Assembly (NCBI GenBank): GCA_002269645.1
Contig: NIVC01000013.1
Coordinates: 1,116,001-1,180,000, forward strand
Reading direction: 5' to 3'
From: Macrostomum lignano
Taxonomy: Eukaryota
DNA: 64,000 nucleotides
The notes under the pieces are model-generated. The model saw only the letters and a program-made list of their open reading frames with translations, was not told the origin of the DNA and ran no database searches. The translations under genes were made by a program, and so were the position numbers. Every line of letters starts with the position of its first letter. Within the stretch, counting starts at the first letter, position 1. Shown here piece after piece: positions 1 through 18,899 of this stretch.

Positions 1-310
1 AAGGGGGAGACGGAGGGAGAGACGCAGGGGGAGACGGAGGGGGAGACGGAGGGGGAGACGGAGGGAGAGACGCAGGGGAGACGGAGGGAGAGACGCAGGG
101 GGACGGAGGGAGAGACGGAGGGGGAGACGGAGGGGGAGACGGAGGGGGAGACGGAGGGAGAGACGCAGGGGGAGACGGAGGGAGAGACGCAGGGGAGACG
201 GAGGGAGAGACGCAGGGGGAGACGGAGGGAGAGACGCAGGGGGAGACGGAGGGAGAGACGCAGGGGAGACGCAGGGGGAGACGGAGAGGGAGACGGAGGG
301 AGAGACGCTA
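1..310. repeat. GA-rich 11-12-bp tandem repeat (GGAGACGGAGGG)
   Basis: Visible periodicity. Confidence 0.9.
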
Positions 311-1337
311 AGGATGCACAATGGTCATCGGTAAGAACGAGGACACAATCTATAAGCTTAATTTTGCAAGAAGATCAGTTAAAACAAACATTTTTAAAGT
401 ATTTTATTAAAGACGACACAATATTAGCGGACAAAGAACTTTGGAGCATGGAATAAAGAAAATAAAACGAAAGAAAGAAAACTAATTGAGGGAAAGACAG
501 ACTGAGAAGAGGATAGTCAGACAAACATGCTAGAGGTAGTTAATAATAATATTAATAATTTATACATATATGATCACACAAGAACACAAAGAGGCCTAGA
601 TTATTGAAAAGAAATTCAATAAGTTAACTCAAAAGCTTGAATAATTTAAGAATTTTTTTGATAAAGTATTACTAATAGTATTACTATAGTATTAATATTT
701 AGGAAACGCACATTAACGCCGCTTAATAAAAGTTATCAGGGACACAGATAATACATAGCTTGACTTTCTTTCGCACTACTTTTAGTACCAAATTAGCAAA
801 ATTGATAGAAAATTTATTTTTAGGTTGATTCCAATGAACCAATTTAATTGCGTATTTTATAATGCCATACTGAAATTATATTACCTAGGTAGCTTAATGT
901 TATACAGGCACTTGATGACACCTTCGTCGCACCGCCTTTAATTAGCACCTCTAATTTCTACTTATTACGACAGATACCAGAATAATCAGATATTAGAGTT
1001 AGATAAATTGTGCTAAAGTACTACTTTTTCAGTAGCTAAATTAACGCTTTTTGTCGATTATTGAATCAATGAATTTAACAAGGTTTATTTAAATATTTTG
1101 AAGCTGCAATAGTCGCCTCGAGTTTTCTACAACCAGACCATTAAACTAGCATCTTTAACGATTTCAGACTGCTTCAGGCTCTAAGTATTCATTAAAAAAT
1201 AAATTAATTTAAGACGGAAGATTTCAGGAAAACTTGAAGCCAAATCCAGTGCATAGCGAGCAAGAGAGAAAGGAGATGGCGCTTAAGCCCCCCAGCCAGG
1301 CCGATAAACAATTTGGCTTTCCTCTTGCCTGCTTGTG

Positions 1338-1640
1338 TCTGACTTTAACCTCTCTCCTTGCTACTCTCTCATTGGCTGAGCCAGAATGGGCCGGCCACCT
1401 AGACTGACTTCCGTCCGTCTGACTTTAATCTCTTTCCTTACTGCTCTCTCATTGGCTGAGCTAGATTGGGCCTGCCCCGTAAGCTGAGTTTCGTCCGTCT
1501 GACTTTAATCTCTCTCCTTACTGCTCTCTCATTGGCTGAGCCAGAATGGGCCTGCCCCTTAGGCTGAGTTTCGTCCGTCTGACTTTGCCTCTCTCTTTAC
1601 TGCTCTCTCATTGGCTGAGCCAGATTAGGCCTGCCTCCTT
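1338..1640. repeat. 80-bp tandem repeat x4, each with a CCAAT box
   Basis: CTCTCATTGGCTGAG, with the ATTGG core at 1371, 1451, 1531 and 1610. Confidence 0.9.
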
Positions 1641-2023
1641 CAGACGATTGAGTTCAATTGTGTACATCGAGTTAAATGCTTGCTGTTTGTTCTTAACCCC
1701 ATATGCTGCGGAGGCTCGAGGAAGGAAAGGAAATTTCATCTGCTACATCAAATTAAAGTGACAGTGTGTAGACAAACTACTGAAAAAGAGTGTTAATAGA
1801 CGCTCTACTTTTTTACAACTTCAATTGCAAGTGACAGATCTGGTTATTCTAAAACCTGTGGCTGTCGCATGCATATTATCTGTGTATAGCGATAATTTAG
1901 TGAAGATTTCAGATTCTCACAGTAAGCAAGTTGAAGTAACCAATGGTTACCAAAGAGACAGTAGGGGGGAGGATAAAGGGAATGCTACAAACAATGACTG
2001 AGGGAGAGGGGTTGGGTGACAAC

Positions 2024-9035
<7,012 letters not shown>

Positions 9036-10514
9036 GTCTTAAACTTTTTTGCTGAATGAATTGGTCTGACAACAACAAGCAAGAATACCTTTTATCTTTC
9101 TCTCAAGTGTTAGAGTGTTAAAGAGCAAAATAAATAAATACTTAAATGTTGATTGAACAATGTACGCGTCCGAAAGAGAAGTAAATTCTTTAATTTAGAT
9201 CAGCTGATAAAATTTCCTAATAAAATTTTTTAAAAGGTTAAAAAATCAGTTAAAAGTTACTTTTGACTGTTTAGACTAATTAATTACTAGTTGGAATTTT
9301 ACTTATATTACAAAAATAAGTAAACATTTGTTTTACTCGATGCTCCCGTGACAACAAAAGGCGCATGTGAATGAATATTTCGTAGCTTTTTACAAATAGC
9401 TAATTGATTGAACTCTCAAGTAAACTTACTACTTCTAGTAGTATAGGCTATGGGGTCTCGAAATATGACAAAATTAAAACGCAAACTGGGATGTGGCAAG
9501 CGACATAAGTAAATATAATGCATAAATATGTTATTAATATGCAATATACCTACTGAATATACATCATGAAAAAGCATTAGCAATGGCAGCTGTTATTTGA
9601 TGATTTTCGAATAAAAATCGAACTCTTAAACAAAGAAGCGATCATAGCAAGAAACTTTTACGAGGAAAGCTGACTGAAAGGTAAAAAATACAAACTAAAA
9701 TCCTTATAGTAGTTAACCTTTTGCAGACAGAATTGTAGACGCGACGACTCAAATGCCTGTTGTCTATTTTGGTTTAGAAACCTGGTTTTTGTTTAGGATT
9801 ATATAGATTAGCTTTTTGAGAGCAGCAAATGCAATTGGATTCATGGAAAACATAGCCTAGAATGGCTACGTATTTATGATGGCATTATTGCACTCGACTC
9901 AAAAATATAACTCCGCTGATGCCAGCTCAGCAGCGGGGAAATCATCGCAGCTACAGGCTATACTGCATGTGTTCCAATCAGGATCGTTTTTCATTGCCTC
10001 CCAATCGTTTGATTGCTGCTAGGCTTAATATCTAGTCTACATAGACCAACGGTGTACCTCAAAAGTCAAAATGGGATTCCCAAGTAAAATGGATAATCCT
10101 CTAGTGTCTGTGCGCACCATCATGCAATTATGCTATTACATGCAGGTTAAGATTCCTCTTATTAGATAGAATTTTTCGTGCATCTCTCCCTGACTCTGCA
10201 TTTGCTGTCAAATCAGCCGTGCGCTCATTTTAATAATTCAACTGGCTTGAAAAGAGCGCACACGCGTCAACTTAAAAGGGCCTATATAGCTAGTATAGCT
10301 TTGGTCGCAGAGAGCGACGAGAAAAAGCCTTGAGAGCTCTAGGAGGGGTCGAGAAAGAGGTAGAGAGAGAGAGAGAGAGAAATACTATACGATCCAATAG
10401 CCAAGGAGCAAGAAAAGATCGCATAAAGCTATAGGGCCAACAGTTACTGAGAATGCATTAGCATTTGCGCGCGACTCAAGTGAGAGAGAGACAGACAGAA
10501 AGAGCCTGATTTCT

Positions 10515-10529
10515 ATTGCCCTTAGCAAC
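10515..10529 (+). promoter_or_regulatory. Candidate RFX X-box upstream of the small Cys-rich gene
   Basis: ATTGCC-CTT-AGCAAC versus consensus GTNRCC-N0-3-RGYAAC (1 mismatch), ~240 bp upstream of the ATG at 10756. Confidence 0.3.
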
Positions 10530-10755
10530 AGCGGTGAGAGAGGGAGAGAGAGAGAGAGAGTGGTTATACGAGCAGCTTTTACGCTGCTTAACCGTCTAAA
10601 CTCGTACAGTGTAGCCGAAAAAAATTGTTTTTTTGATTCAAAGCTCGATAAAGACCAGATTCTATATAGTTTCTATAGGGTTCCTGCAACACTTCAGTAG
10701 ATCAAAAATCAAGTCATTTTAGAGACATTCAAGAGCTCGCGGGTTGCTCGTTGCC

Positions 10756-11950
10756 ATGTGCCGATGGGGCTGCTCCCTTGTCGATTCGGTAAGTTTAAAC
10801 ATCTGCAGCTGCCACTAATGTGAAAATGTGAATCTTTGAGACGCCCCATAGATACTTTTTACTGCCCTCCCGGTTGAGGACATGTATGAGCGTACGCCCG
10901 TAATATATTATATAATATCTAATAATTCCTAATTCTGTAAACTTCACGGTGGCTAAAATTCCCACCATTCCCCAAACATCCCACGATTCCCCAAACATCC
11001 CACTATTCCCAATATACCCCACGATTACCCAAACATTCCACGATTCCCCAAAAATCCAACGATTCCCCAAACATCCCACGATTCCCCAAACATCCCACGA
11101 TTCCCCAAACATCCCACGATTCCCCAAACATCCCACGATTCCATAAACATCCCACGATTCCCTAGACATCCCACGATTCCCCAAACATTCCACGATTCCA
11201 CAAACATCCCACGATTCCATAAACATTCCACGATTTCACAAACATTCCACTAAAACATTCAGTAGAACATTCACCAATCCTCAATTTAGAATATAATAAT
11301 AATTGATTATTATTATTAGGAAGATGGGAAGACTTGCAACCTACATTACGCCACACACACCCTCAATTACCCCAGCTAATGCTGGCACCCATTTTACAGC
11401 TGGGTGAACTGAAGAACGCAGAGTTAAGTGTCTTGCTCAAAGACACAAATTGTTCCGAGTGGGGTCGGGAATCGAACCCCTGACCTTCAAGTTGTGAGTC
11501 CGACGCTCTAACCACTAGGCTACAGCCTTCTTAGACTTAGACTGTACCAAACTAAAACCAGACTTCGGGGTTCAACAGAACTACAACCGCAACCATAATC
11601 GATGCCTCATGCAGACCTACATGTGCAAATGGTGCGGCACCAGATTCTGCAAGGAGTGCCTACTTGGCGACTTCTACGGCCGCATGAAGGAGCCGGGCCA
11701 GTGCCGGGTCTGCAACCAGAAGCGTTGCCAGGGTAAACGAGTCGAATTCGTGACAAAACCGCGCGACCCGGCCGATGAGGCGGCCAGCGGACGCGGCAGC
11801 GGCCGGCGCGGCGTCGGCGGTGCATCGGCCAAGTCGGGCCGGTCGTCGAAATCGGCCAAGTCGGCCGGCTCAAAAAAGAAAAAATCCAGCAGCGCCGGAG
11901 GCGGCAAGAAGAAAAAATCGGCGGGAAAGAAGAAGCGAGGAAAGAAGTGA
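10756..11950 (+). CDS. Small uncharacterised Cys/His-rich (putative zinc-binding) protein with Ser/Gly/Lys-rich basic tail, ~134 aa
   Basis: Exon 10756-10788 (ATG...TCG|gtaagt) splices in phase 0 to exon 11579-11950 (ttcaacag|AAC). GC-rich coding bias, CxxC pairs (CKWC, CKEC, CRVC), and AATAAA ~70 nt after the stop. Confidence 0.7.
10960..11250. repeat. 19-bp minisatellite (TTCCCCAAACATCCCACGA)
   Basis: About 15 units, in the intron of the small Cys-rich gene. Confidence 0.92.
11352..11527 (-). mobile_element. tRNA-derived SINE with CORE-like domain (copy 1)
   Basis: The minus strand has A box TAGCCTAGTGG, B box GGTTCGATTCC, then TGTGTCTTTGAGCAAGACACTTAAC...CAGCTGTAAAATGGG, resembling the MIR/CORE domain. 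Confidence 0.8.
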
Positions 11951-12515
11951 CGGCGCGATTTTCATTGAATATAGTGAGTGACATTCTAAAAGACAATTTG
12001 GTTAAGACTTTTGTCTCGTAAATAAAGCAAATTTTATTCCCGTTTGAAGTGCATTTATTGGCTTCTCAGATAACTATTGCTATTACTGATTGATTTCTCC
12101 GCGCGCACAAAGTTTTTTTGTAATAATAAGTCAGTTTCTTAGAATCTGTCACAGATTTCACGGAAATTCAAATGCAAAATGTAATATATTATACTCTTGG
12201 TTCTAGGTAAGAAGATCCTATTCCTAAAACTTTAGTGCACCCATATCAGCCTTTAGAAAAAAGTATTGCTTTTGTCGATAATTAAGGCGATCAAGTTCAG
12301 AATCCCCATTTAGCGCTTGCAATGGACCATGCATCGACAATAAAGCCAATCAAGTCCTGTTAGATGGAATCCTTGGTTTAAAATACTCTTTAAAATTGAC
12401 CGTGGGAGGGTAGTTTTCGTGCAAGTCACTCCAATAGTTAGACCCGAAGTCAGGACAGTCTGTGGGAGAGTGCAAATGGGGAGGTCTCCACTTGATTGGC
12501 TGCATTGTCTATGGC

Positions 12516-13056
12516 CAAGCGCGTCGCCATTGGGGGGGGGGAACAGGGGGGACATGTCTGCCAGTAAAAGCTCTGGGGGAACATGCCAATGCTTTGTTTC
12601 CCCAACCCCACCTTGTGAGCCGTTGTGGTAATCAATAATTTTTCTTCAGGGCGCTAAAATGAGTGCCTGCGGCGCTAAAAGAGTGCCTGCGGCGCCAAAA
12701 TGAGTGCCTGCGGTGCTAAAATGAGTGCCTGCGGTGCTAAATTGAGTGCCTGCGGCGCTAAAATGAGTGCCTGCGGCGCCAAAATGAGTGCCTGCGGCGC
12801 TAAAATGAGTGCCTGCGGGGCTAAAATGAGTGCCTGTGGCGCTAAAATGAGTGCCTGCGGCGCTAAAATAAGTGCCTGCGGCGCTAAAATGAGTGCCTGT
12901 GGCGCTAAAATGAGTGCCTGCGGCGCTAAAAGGAATGCCTGCGGCGCTAAAATGAGTGCCTGCGGCGTCAAAATGAGTGCCAAAATTTAGTCATGTACAT
13001 GTTGAATTCTTGGCATTGCCCCCCCCCCCACCATAAAATCCATGGCGACGCCCCTG
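12516..13056. mobile_element. Non-autonomous hAT-type MITE carrying a 21-bp minisatellite
   Basis: Perfect 8-bp TSD TCTATGGC (12508-12515 and 13057-13064). 15-bp TIRs CAAGCGCGTCGCCAT / CAGGGGCGTCGCCAT (13/15). Internal array at 12652-12985. Confidence 0.85.
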
Positions 13057-13743
13057 TCTATGGCCGAGTGCAGTGCTGCGCGGCAGTGTCTGCTGTTGCA
13101 GCAAATTGGGATTCTTCACTTGATTGGCTTGACAGCTTGACTGACAAAAACTATGGTCGACCCAAGTGCATGTCGTGCATGATTTATTTAAATGACTGTC
13201 TTTTTTAATCACGATTAGTATTTTCTAACGTACAAATTTAATCCATAGTAGTTCCAGTAGTATTTCTAGGATACACTTACTGTTAATTTTACTTGGTTTA
13301 TAGCTCGGGAGTATTAAATTATGTAAGATATAAATTAATAATTTTAAATAAACGATTACACATATCCGCTTTGAAGATAAGTACGTGATGGCACACATTT
13401 TACTAGCTATAAGCACTTTTTGCGACAGCGTGTAATTTATTGCGGCAATAAATAACTCATAAATTTGCCTATAACCACTAATAAGAAGGAATCAGCAGAC
13501 AAATTGCTATTTTTCTGGGACACAATTCGCCCATTGTTTCTCATAGAACGCCTCCGGTGAAGGCACTGATAAGACCAATTCAGTGGCGTAGAGATTCTTA
13601 GATTCAACATCATGCAAAAAGGCCAAGTCTGCCACAAGCCTGCACAGCCAACTGCTCCGCTTCTCACGCAAAGAGAGCGAGGCGTCAAACTTAACCACCG
13701 AAAAGCAGGCAGAGACACGATTGCGCATTGATTCAAGCGCCGC

Positions 13744-15684
13744 ATGAATCCCATTCTGGCATCAATTAGATTACTGATTGCGGTGCTTGCACTGCCGCTG
13801 GTGGCTGCATCAGGCGGCTCGCAGCTTCCGCAGTCAACTCATGCGATGCTTAGCCACTTGCCGGAGAGGAATATGACTCGTCCAGAGGTGATCCACCTGC
13901 TCAATGAGTTGAAAAAGTACTTCAAAGTCATGGAGCAAGACGAATACCGGCAATTCTCAGAGCTGGTGTTCACCCTGCGCAGTAAACTGTTTGAAACGTT
14001 CAACCAAGCATTCGAAGGCATCGAGATGAGCGACTACAATGTGCTGTGCCATTTTCGAGTTTATCCTAGCCTGATATTCGGCAGCAACTATCCCACTGTG
14101 CAGGAGCTCACTATAACGCTCATGGACTTTGTCATCGAGAGCCTTCGCGGCGGCGACACCAAGCCGTTTTTGTTTGTCTACGTGAGGCTCTACTTGCAGC
14201 TGGGGCAGCCCTACGTCACCTACAGCAACCTTCTCAGACACTCGGGCGACCGCACCGCTGAGACATTGTACACCTTCGCTAAAAGCTGCCTGCCCGAGGT
14301 GGACGTACCGCCAGACTGTCGCAAAACCCTCCTGATGCAGCTGTCGGATCCGAGGCTGCTGCTTCGCCCGCGCTGTGAACTCGAAGACCTGGCCCGAGGC
14401 AACCCGAACAGCCAGAGCAGCAGTCAGCATCACGACAGCATGACCTCTGTACTGCAGTACAAGTTACTCTCGCACGTCGCTCGGAGCGGTAACTTCGACT
14501 ATTACAATACAACTCATCGGATTATCGAATTCATCGAGCTGATCATATTTGGCCATTTCGACGCGCTCAGAATTCCCAACAGGATGTGGATTAATCCCAC
14601 TTTCAAGGCTTCCCTGCCTGGCAAGCTTAGCGCCGTGGCTCAGCTAATCCGATACGGCTATCCAATCCTGCTACTCATCGGAACTGTGAGCAACCTGATT
14701 GCGCTGCTGTTCAGCTTGGTAAACCTGTCCGAGAGCATCAGCTGCATGTACTTCCTGGCTCTTTCTGTGCTTGACTTGCTCTGTCTGTGGTGCAACCTGC
14801 TACCAATTCTATTGTCGCTCTACTTCGACATCTTCGCTCAGGAGGCGTCGCAGCTCACCTGCAAGTTGATTCCATTCTTTGGGATCTTCACAGCCGGATC
14901 TGTAGCTTGGCTGGTGGTTGCGCTGACTTACACTAAGCTGGCCACCTTGGTTAGACCGTTCTGGCATTCGCTCTATTCTAGACGAGTCCACCGCCTGTTC
15001 ATCCTAGGCCTCATAGTTCTCGTAGCGGCCATGTGCAGTCCGTTGCTGTTCACTCGCTACCGTCTCGTAGTTCTGGACTCGGACTTCTTTATCCAGTGCT
15101 GGCGATACGAATCTACAGTCTTCTCCTACGGCCTGGAGAAGATGTGGCTGGCTCTGGTGTTCCCGGTAATTCCGTTGCTGCTGGTCCTGGCCGGAAACTG
15201 CGCCCTGATCGCGCTCAGAACCAGACACCTTCGACAACTGTCAAGAGGAAGCGGCTACTGCGTTGACGACAAGTCGTTCGGCTCGCTCGTCGGCGTGTCC
15301 TGCGTTTTCCTAGCCTTCACCGCTCCGAACACCGTCGTCCAGATGATCGAAGCGTTCCGATCGCAGAACATCAACTACTACGACGTTACCGACGAGTTGA
15401 ACAATGGCAATGGAACATTGTTCAACTACTGGATCCACGTGACCCATTTTGTCATGCTGCTGCACAATGCCGTTAACATTTTCACCTATGGCATGAGCGC
15501 ACCCTACCTGCGAAAGTCGTTCCGACTTCGACTGGCCCGTCTGGTCGGCGGGCCGAGACTGCTGCTGGCCGCTACTTCTTCATCAACGTCGAGGTCATCG
15601 TCGTTGAGGCGCGAAGACACCTACGGTTCGGCCCTGTCCGTCAAGTCTGGAACCTCGTCGTTGTCCGCTCCTTGTTCGAAGTGA
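13744..15684 (+). CDS. Intronless class A (rhodopsin-like) orphan peptide-type GPCR with signal peptide and ~300-aa N-terminal ectodomain
   Basis: 646-aa ORF with 7 hydrophobic segments. TM1 GTVSN, TM2 LSVLD, TM3 CKL with ECL2 Cys (QCW), TM5 Pro, TM6 FxxFxxP, TM7 NIFTY and helix 8 LRKSF. Confidence 0.88.
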   Translation: MNPILASIRLLIAVLALPLVAASGGSQLPQSTHAMLSHLPERNMTRPEVIHLLNELKKYFKVMEQDEYRQFSELVFTLRSKLFETFNQAFEGIEMSDYNVLCHFRVYPSLIFGSNYPTVQELTITLMDFVIESLRGGDTKPFLFVYVRLYLQLGQPYVTYSNLLRHSGDRTAETLYTFAKSCLPEVDVPPDCRKTLLMQLSDPRLLLRPRCELEDLARGNPNSQSSSQHHDSMTSVLQYKLLSHVARSGNFDYYNTTHRIIEFIELIIFGHFDALRIPNRMWINPTFKASLPGKLSAVAQLIRYGYPILLLIGTVSNLIALLFSLVNLSESISCMYFLALSVLDLLCLWCNLLPILLSLYFDIFAQEASQLTCKLIPFFGIFTAGSVAWLVVALTYTKLATLVRPFWHSLYSRRVHRLFILGLIVLVAAMCSPLLFTRYRLVVLDSDFFIQCWRYESTVFSYGLEKMWLALVFPVIPLLLVLAGNCALIALRTRHLRQLSRGSGYCVDDKSFGSLVGVSCVFLAFTAPNTVVQMIEAFRSQNINYYDVTDELNNGNGTLFNYWIHVTHFVMLLHNAVNIFTYGMSAPYLRKSFRLRLARLVGGPRLLLAATSSSTSRSSSLRREDTYGSALSVKSGTSSLSAPCSK

Positions 15685-16318
15685 GAACTTACATCGTAAA
15701 TTTAGAAATAAGCCTTCAAGCGATGTGTAGTTACCAGTATGTCAATATTTAATAATGCCAATGCATTTCAACGTCTTTACCCTGGTACGTTATCGTCAAG
15801 GCTAGTATACGAGTGTACGCTCGTATTACTATTTATATACCATGGTCAAATTTGAAGAGAACTGTACCCTCAGAACAGATTCTTAAATGTTGAAGATTTC
15901 CAAGCGCTAGTGCTATTACTACGACAGTATAATTGTCGAGCAATAATGCATAGGTTATTATTACAATGCAGAGGTATATTGAATATTAACATGCTGGTAC
16001 TCGTACTTAATTGTCATTCCTAAAACATTTTAAGTCTTCAAAGTTTATGTAATTCCATTTAATCGACTGAACTGACCTATATTTATTGCGATCTAAGACC
16101 ATTTTTTGTTGGGTAAAGACACTGAACCTATTTGTGGGCACTTTATAAGAGTCAGCTTGAGGTACTCGTACATGTAGCCTCAGCAAACAGGAGAATAGGT
16201 GAGAACTAGAAATCTTTTTTTTTCAATCAAAAAATATTTCAAGCAAAGATTTTTTCAATCGGACCTAACCTAAAAATGCGATACATATAATTTAAATTGT
16301 TTCTTGCCATGCTACGGG

Positions 16319-16865
16319 TAGGGCTAGAAACCCGTTGAAAATAGGGAAGGATTTGGTTCAGTTTTTAAAAAATTCGGCTAGATATTCCCTGTATCCGTCA
16401 GTTGGAGAATATCCGGTCGTTTCTTCGGATAAGTGACGCCAACTTTACATATCCGGATGTTTTGTTCGGATATTATAGTTCTGTATCCGGACGAAACGGT
16501 CGGATACGTAGATTGAACCCGGACGTAAGTCCGGAAATGTATCTGGCGCTATAAGGCCGGATATTTGAGCCACATATCCGGATGATTCGTTCGGATATGA
16601 CTTGTATCCGAACCAAGTGGTTCGGTATCCGGATGAAAAGTCCGGAAATTTTTGTCCGGATAAGTCACATATCCGGGTGATAATCCCGATATTCGTCCGG
16701 ATACGACTTGTCCGGATATAGTTCGGATAAAATGTCATATCTGGACATATCCGGCCGTTCATTAGGAAAAGTGCCCCTATCCAGATCCGGATACGCTATA
16801 TCCGAACCTGCAAATAACCGTCCCTATTTTTCAGCGGGAAACGGATATCCAAAGTTGCAAGCCTA
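16319..16865. mobile_element. Putative MITE rich in CCGGAT/ATCCGG motifs
   Basis: More than 20 CCGGAT/TCCGGA motifs in both orientations. Imperfect inverted ends (TAGGGCTAGAAAC / GTTGCAAGCCTA; subterminal AAAATAGGGA / TCCCTATTTT). No TSD found. Confidence 0.5.
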
Positions 16866-17142
16866 TAGAATAAAGACAGGTTGGGCCATAGACAACTCGT
16901 GCATCTCTTATTGAGAAATTTGACTGAGAGACAAGTCAATCCTAGCATTGATTAATGATTTGATTTATTTCAAGCGCTACAAGACTGACAAGCGATTACT
17001 GAACACTTCTGTTGCCAATTTCAACAAGGTCTACTGCTGAAGTCAACTAGAGGTTCATTGGGTCCGTGCAATGTCGCTTTCTTGAATTGCTACCGGCTGT
17101 CAGCTCCAATCAAATATACTCGTTTAGATATGCAACTGTTTA

Positions 17143-17820
17143 GTATAGATTTTTGCAGCCCATTTGGGCTTACGCGCAGTAAATTTAATCCAAGATACGT
17201 TTGCTTATGCAATGGAGCTTTTGTCTATGGTAGCAAGGCTGGCACAGAGGCATTTAATTTTGTCCTACAAGCATCAATTTGGTTGCGTACCGCTGAAATG
17301 TCAGCGTCTCTACACCAACAATTTTGAGTCGCTTTTCCAGAGCTCTGCTGATAGTCGAAATCTGATAATAACCAACTGGAACTGTTCCTTCAACTTCTGA
17401 TGCATTTTCTGCATCGACAACAAAAGGTTCGTCTCAACTGCATCCAGTAGCAGTTGGACCTGGGGCTCTCAGCAACTTGCCTTGGCGATTGGCACCCTTT
17501 CGCAGGCAGTCTCTGCCGGCAGAGTTTCAACGCGCTGATGCTGCATGCTGTAAAGCATCTTTTTTTTACATTCAGCAACCATCAGCAATGTCCTTTGGGT
17601 GTTCACCTCTGTCAAGTGCTTCGATCACAAGCCAATGGCATTTGTTCGACAGCCTAGCATGCGGTCCACAATTCTGGGGCTGATCTTGCTCCTCCGCAGC
17701 AGTTTCAAATGAAGCTATGGACAGCTTTGCTACCATAGATAAAAGCTCCATTTCATTGGCCAACGTATCTTGGATTAAATTAAATGCGCGTAGGCCCAAA
17801 TGGGCTGCAAAAAGCTACAC
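17143..17820. mobile_element. Foldback (palindromic) element with ~105-bp imperfect inverted arms
   Basis: 17143-17245 is the near reverse complement of 17716-17820. Confidence 0.65.
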
Positions 17821-17959
17821 TCAGCAACATTGAAGTGTCCACGTACTGCACAAAAGGCTGTACACTAGCTGAACAATTAGGGATTGAAAGGTTTTTAACT
17901 ATGTTTGGGCCATAGACAATCAAAATAAGGCAACAAAGAATGAACAGCGAAACAAGTAC

Positions 17960-18290
17960 ATGCCCATTTCCACGCTGTGTACGTGTCTAAAGCACAGTCG
18001 GTAACAGGTATAGATAGCAACCACGAGCGTCCAACAGACCGCTCACCCGTCGAGTCAGTCCCGAACAAGGCGCGCAGAAAGTCTTGTGGAAGCTGTTGCC
18101 ATGCGAATGAAAGCGCATTGCGCAGCTGGACCATGTTCTAGGGGGATAGAGATTGTTGCACCGAGTCGTGTGCTTCAGGAAATCCCACACGTGCTCAATC
18201 AAGTTCATATCCGGTGATCTGGACGGCCAACGCAGAGTGCGCCAATCAGTCATTTAGCGGACTATCGTTGTCACCTGCGTCCAGATGCCT
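17960..18290 (-). mobile_element. Degenerate Tc1 transposase C-terminal fragment
   Basis: WPSRSPDMNLIEHVWDFLK and RRVSGLLDARGCY motifs, broken by frameshifts. Confidence 0.8.
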
Positions 18291-18899
18291 CCAGTAAACC
18301 CCTGTACACTCGTTACTGTAACGCTTTTCCCTGTGACACCAGATATCGGTCTTTACACTTTCCTGCCCTTTACTTTAGTACATTATAAAGTAGAGTAAAC
18401 TATCATATTTACTATACATCGGTTTCTATAAGCATTAGAGCTTGATCGAATGACTTGAGCCTTGAAGTTGTCCTGTAATAACAACTCTCCTGTTCTGTCA
18501 GATTTATCTAACATTACACGCCATGTCTTTATTTTGTTGATGGCCTTATTTTCTGACTGTTAACTACTCGAAACTAACTACTGTAACTTAGTTACTTAGT
18601 TTCAGAACTTGAACCCAAGGTACCCATGATCTAACCTATATATAAACCTTTCTATATCATTATTGGTGTCGGAAAGTGAAACTGTTCAAGTTTATACTGA
18701 GTTCAAACTGTGTCGCTTCATTTTTGAGAAAGCTATTAAAATATACTTACTATACTACTGTCAACTAACCGTCTATATATACTCGTACATTTACAATGAT
18801 TACTCGTACATGTTTTTAAAGAGAAACATGTTATTTGTGTAGCAATAGTAGCATTAACGCGCATATTCGTAGAATTTACGTAGGGTGTTTGATATTAAA

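Noticed and set aside
11450-11527. tRNA-Val-like gene (and its homolog near 44970-45043)
   Set aside because: The anticodon stem pairs poorly and the head runs into a CORE-like body; two diverged copies indicate a SINE.
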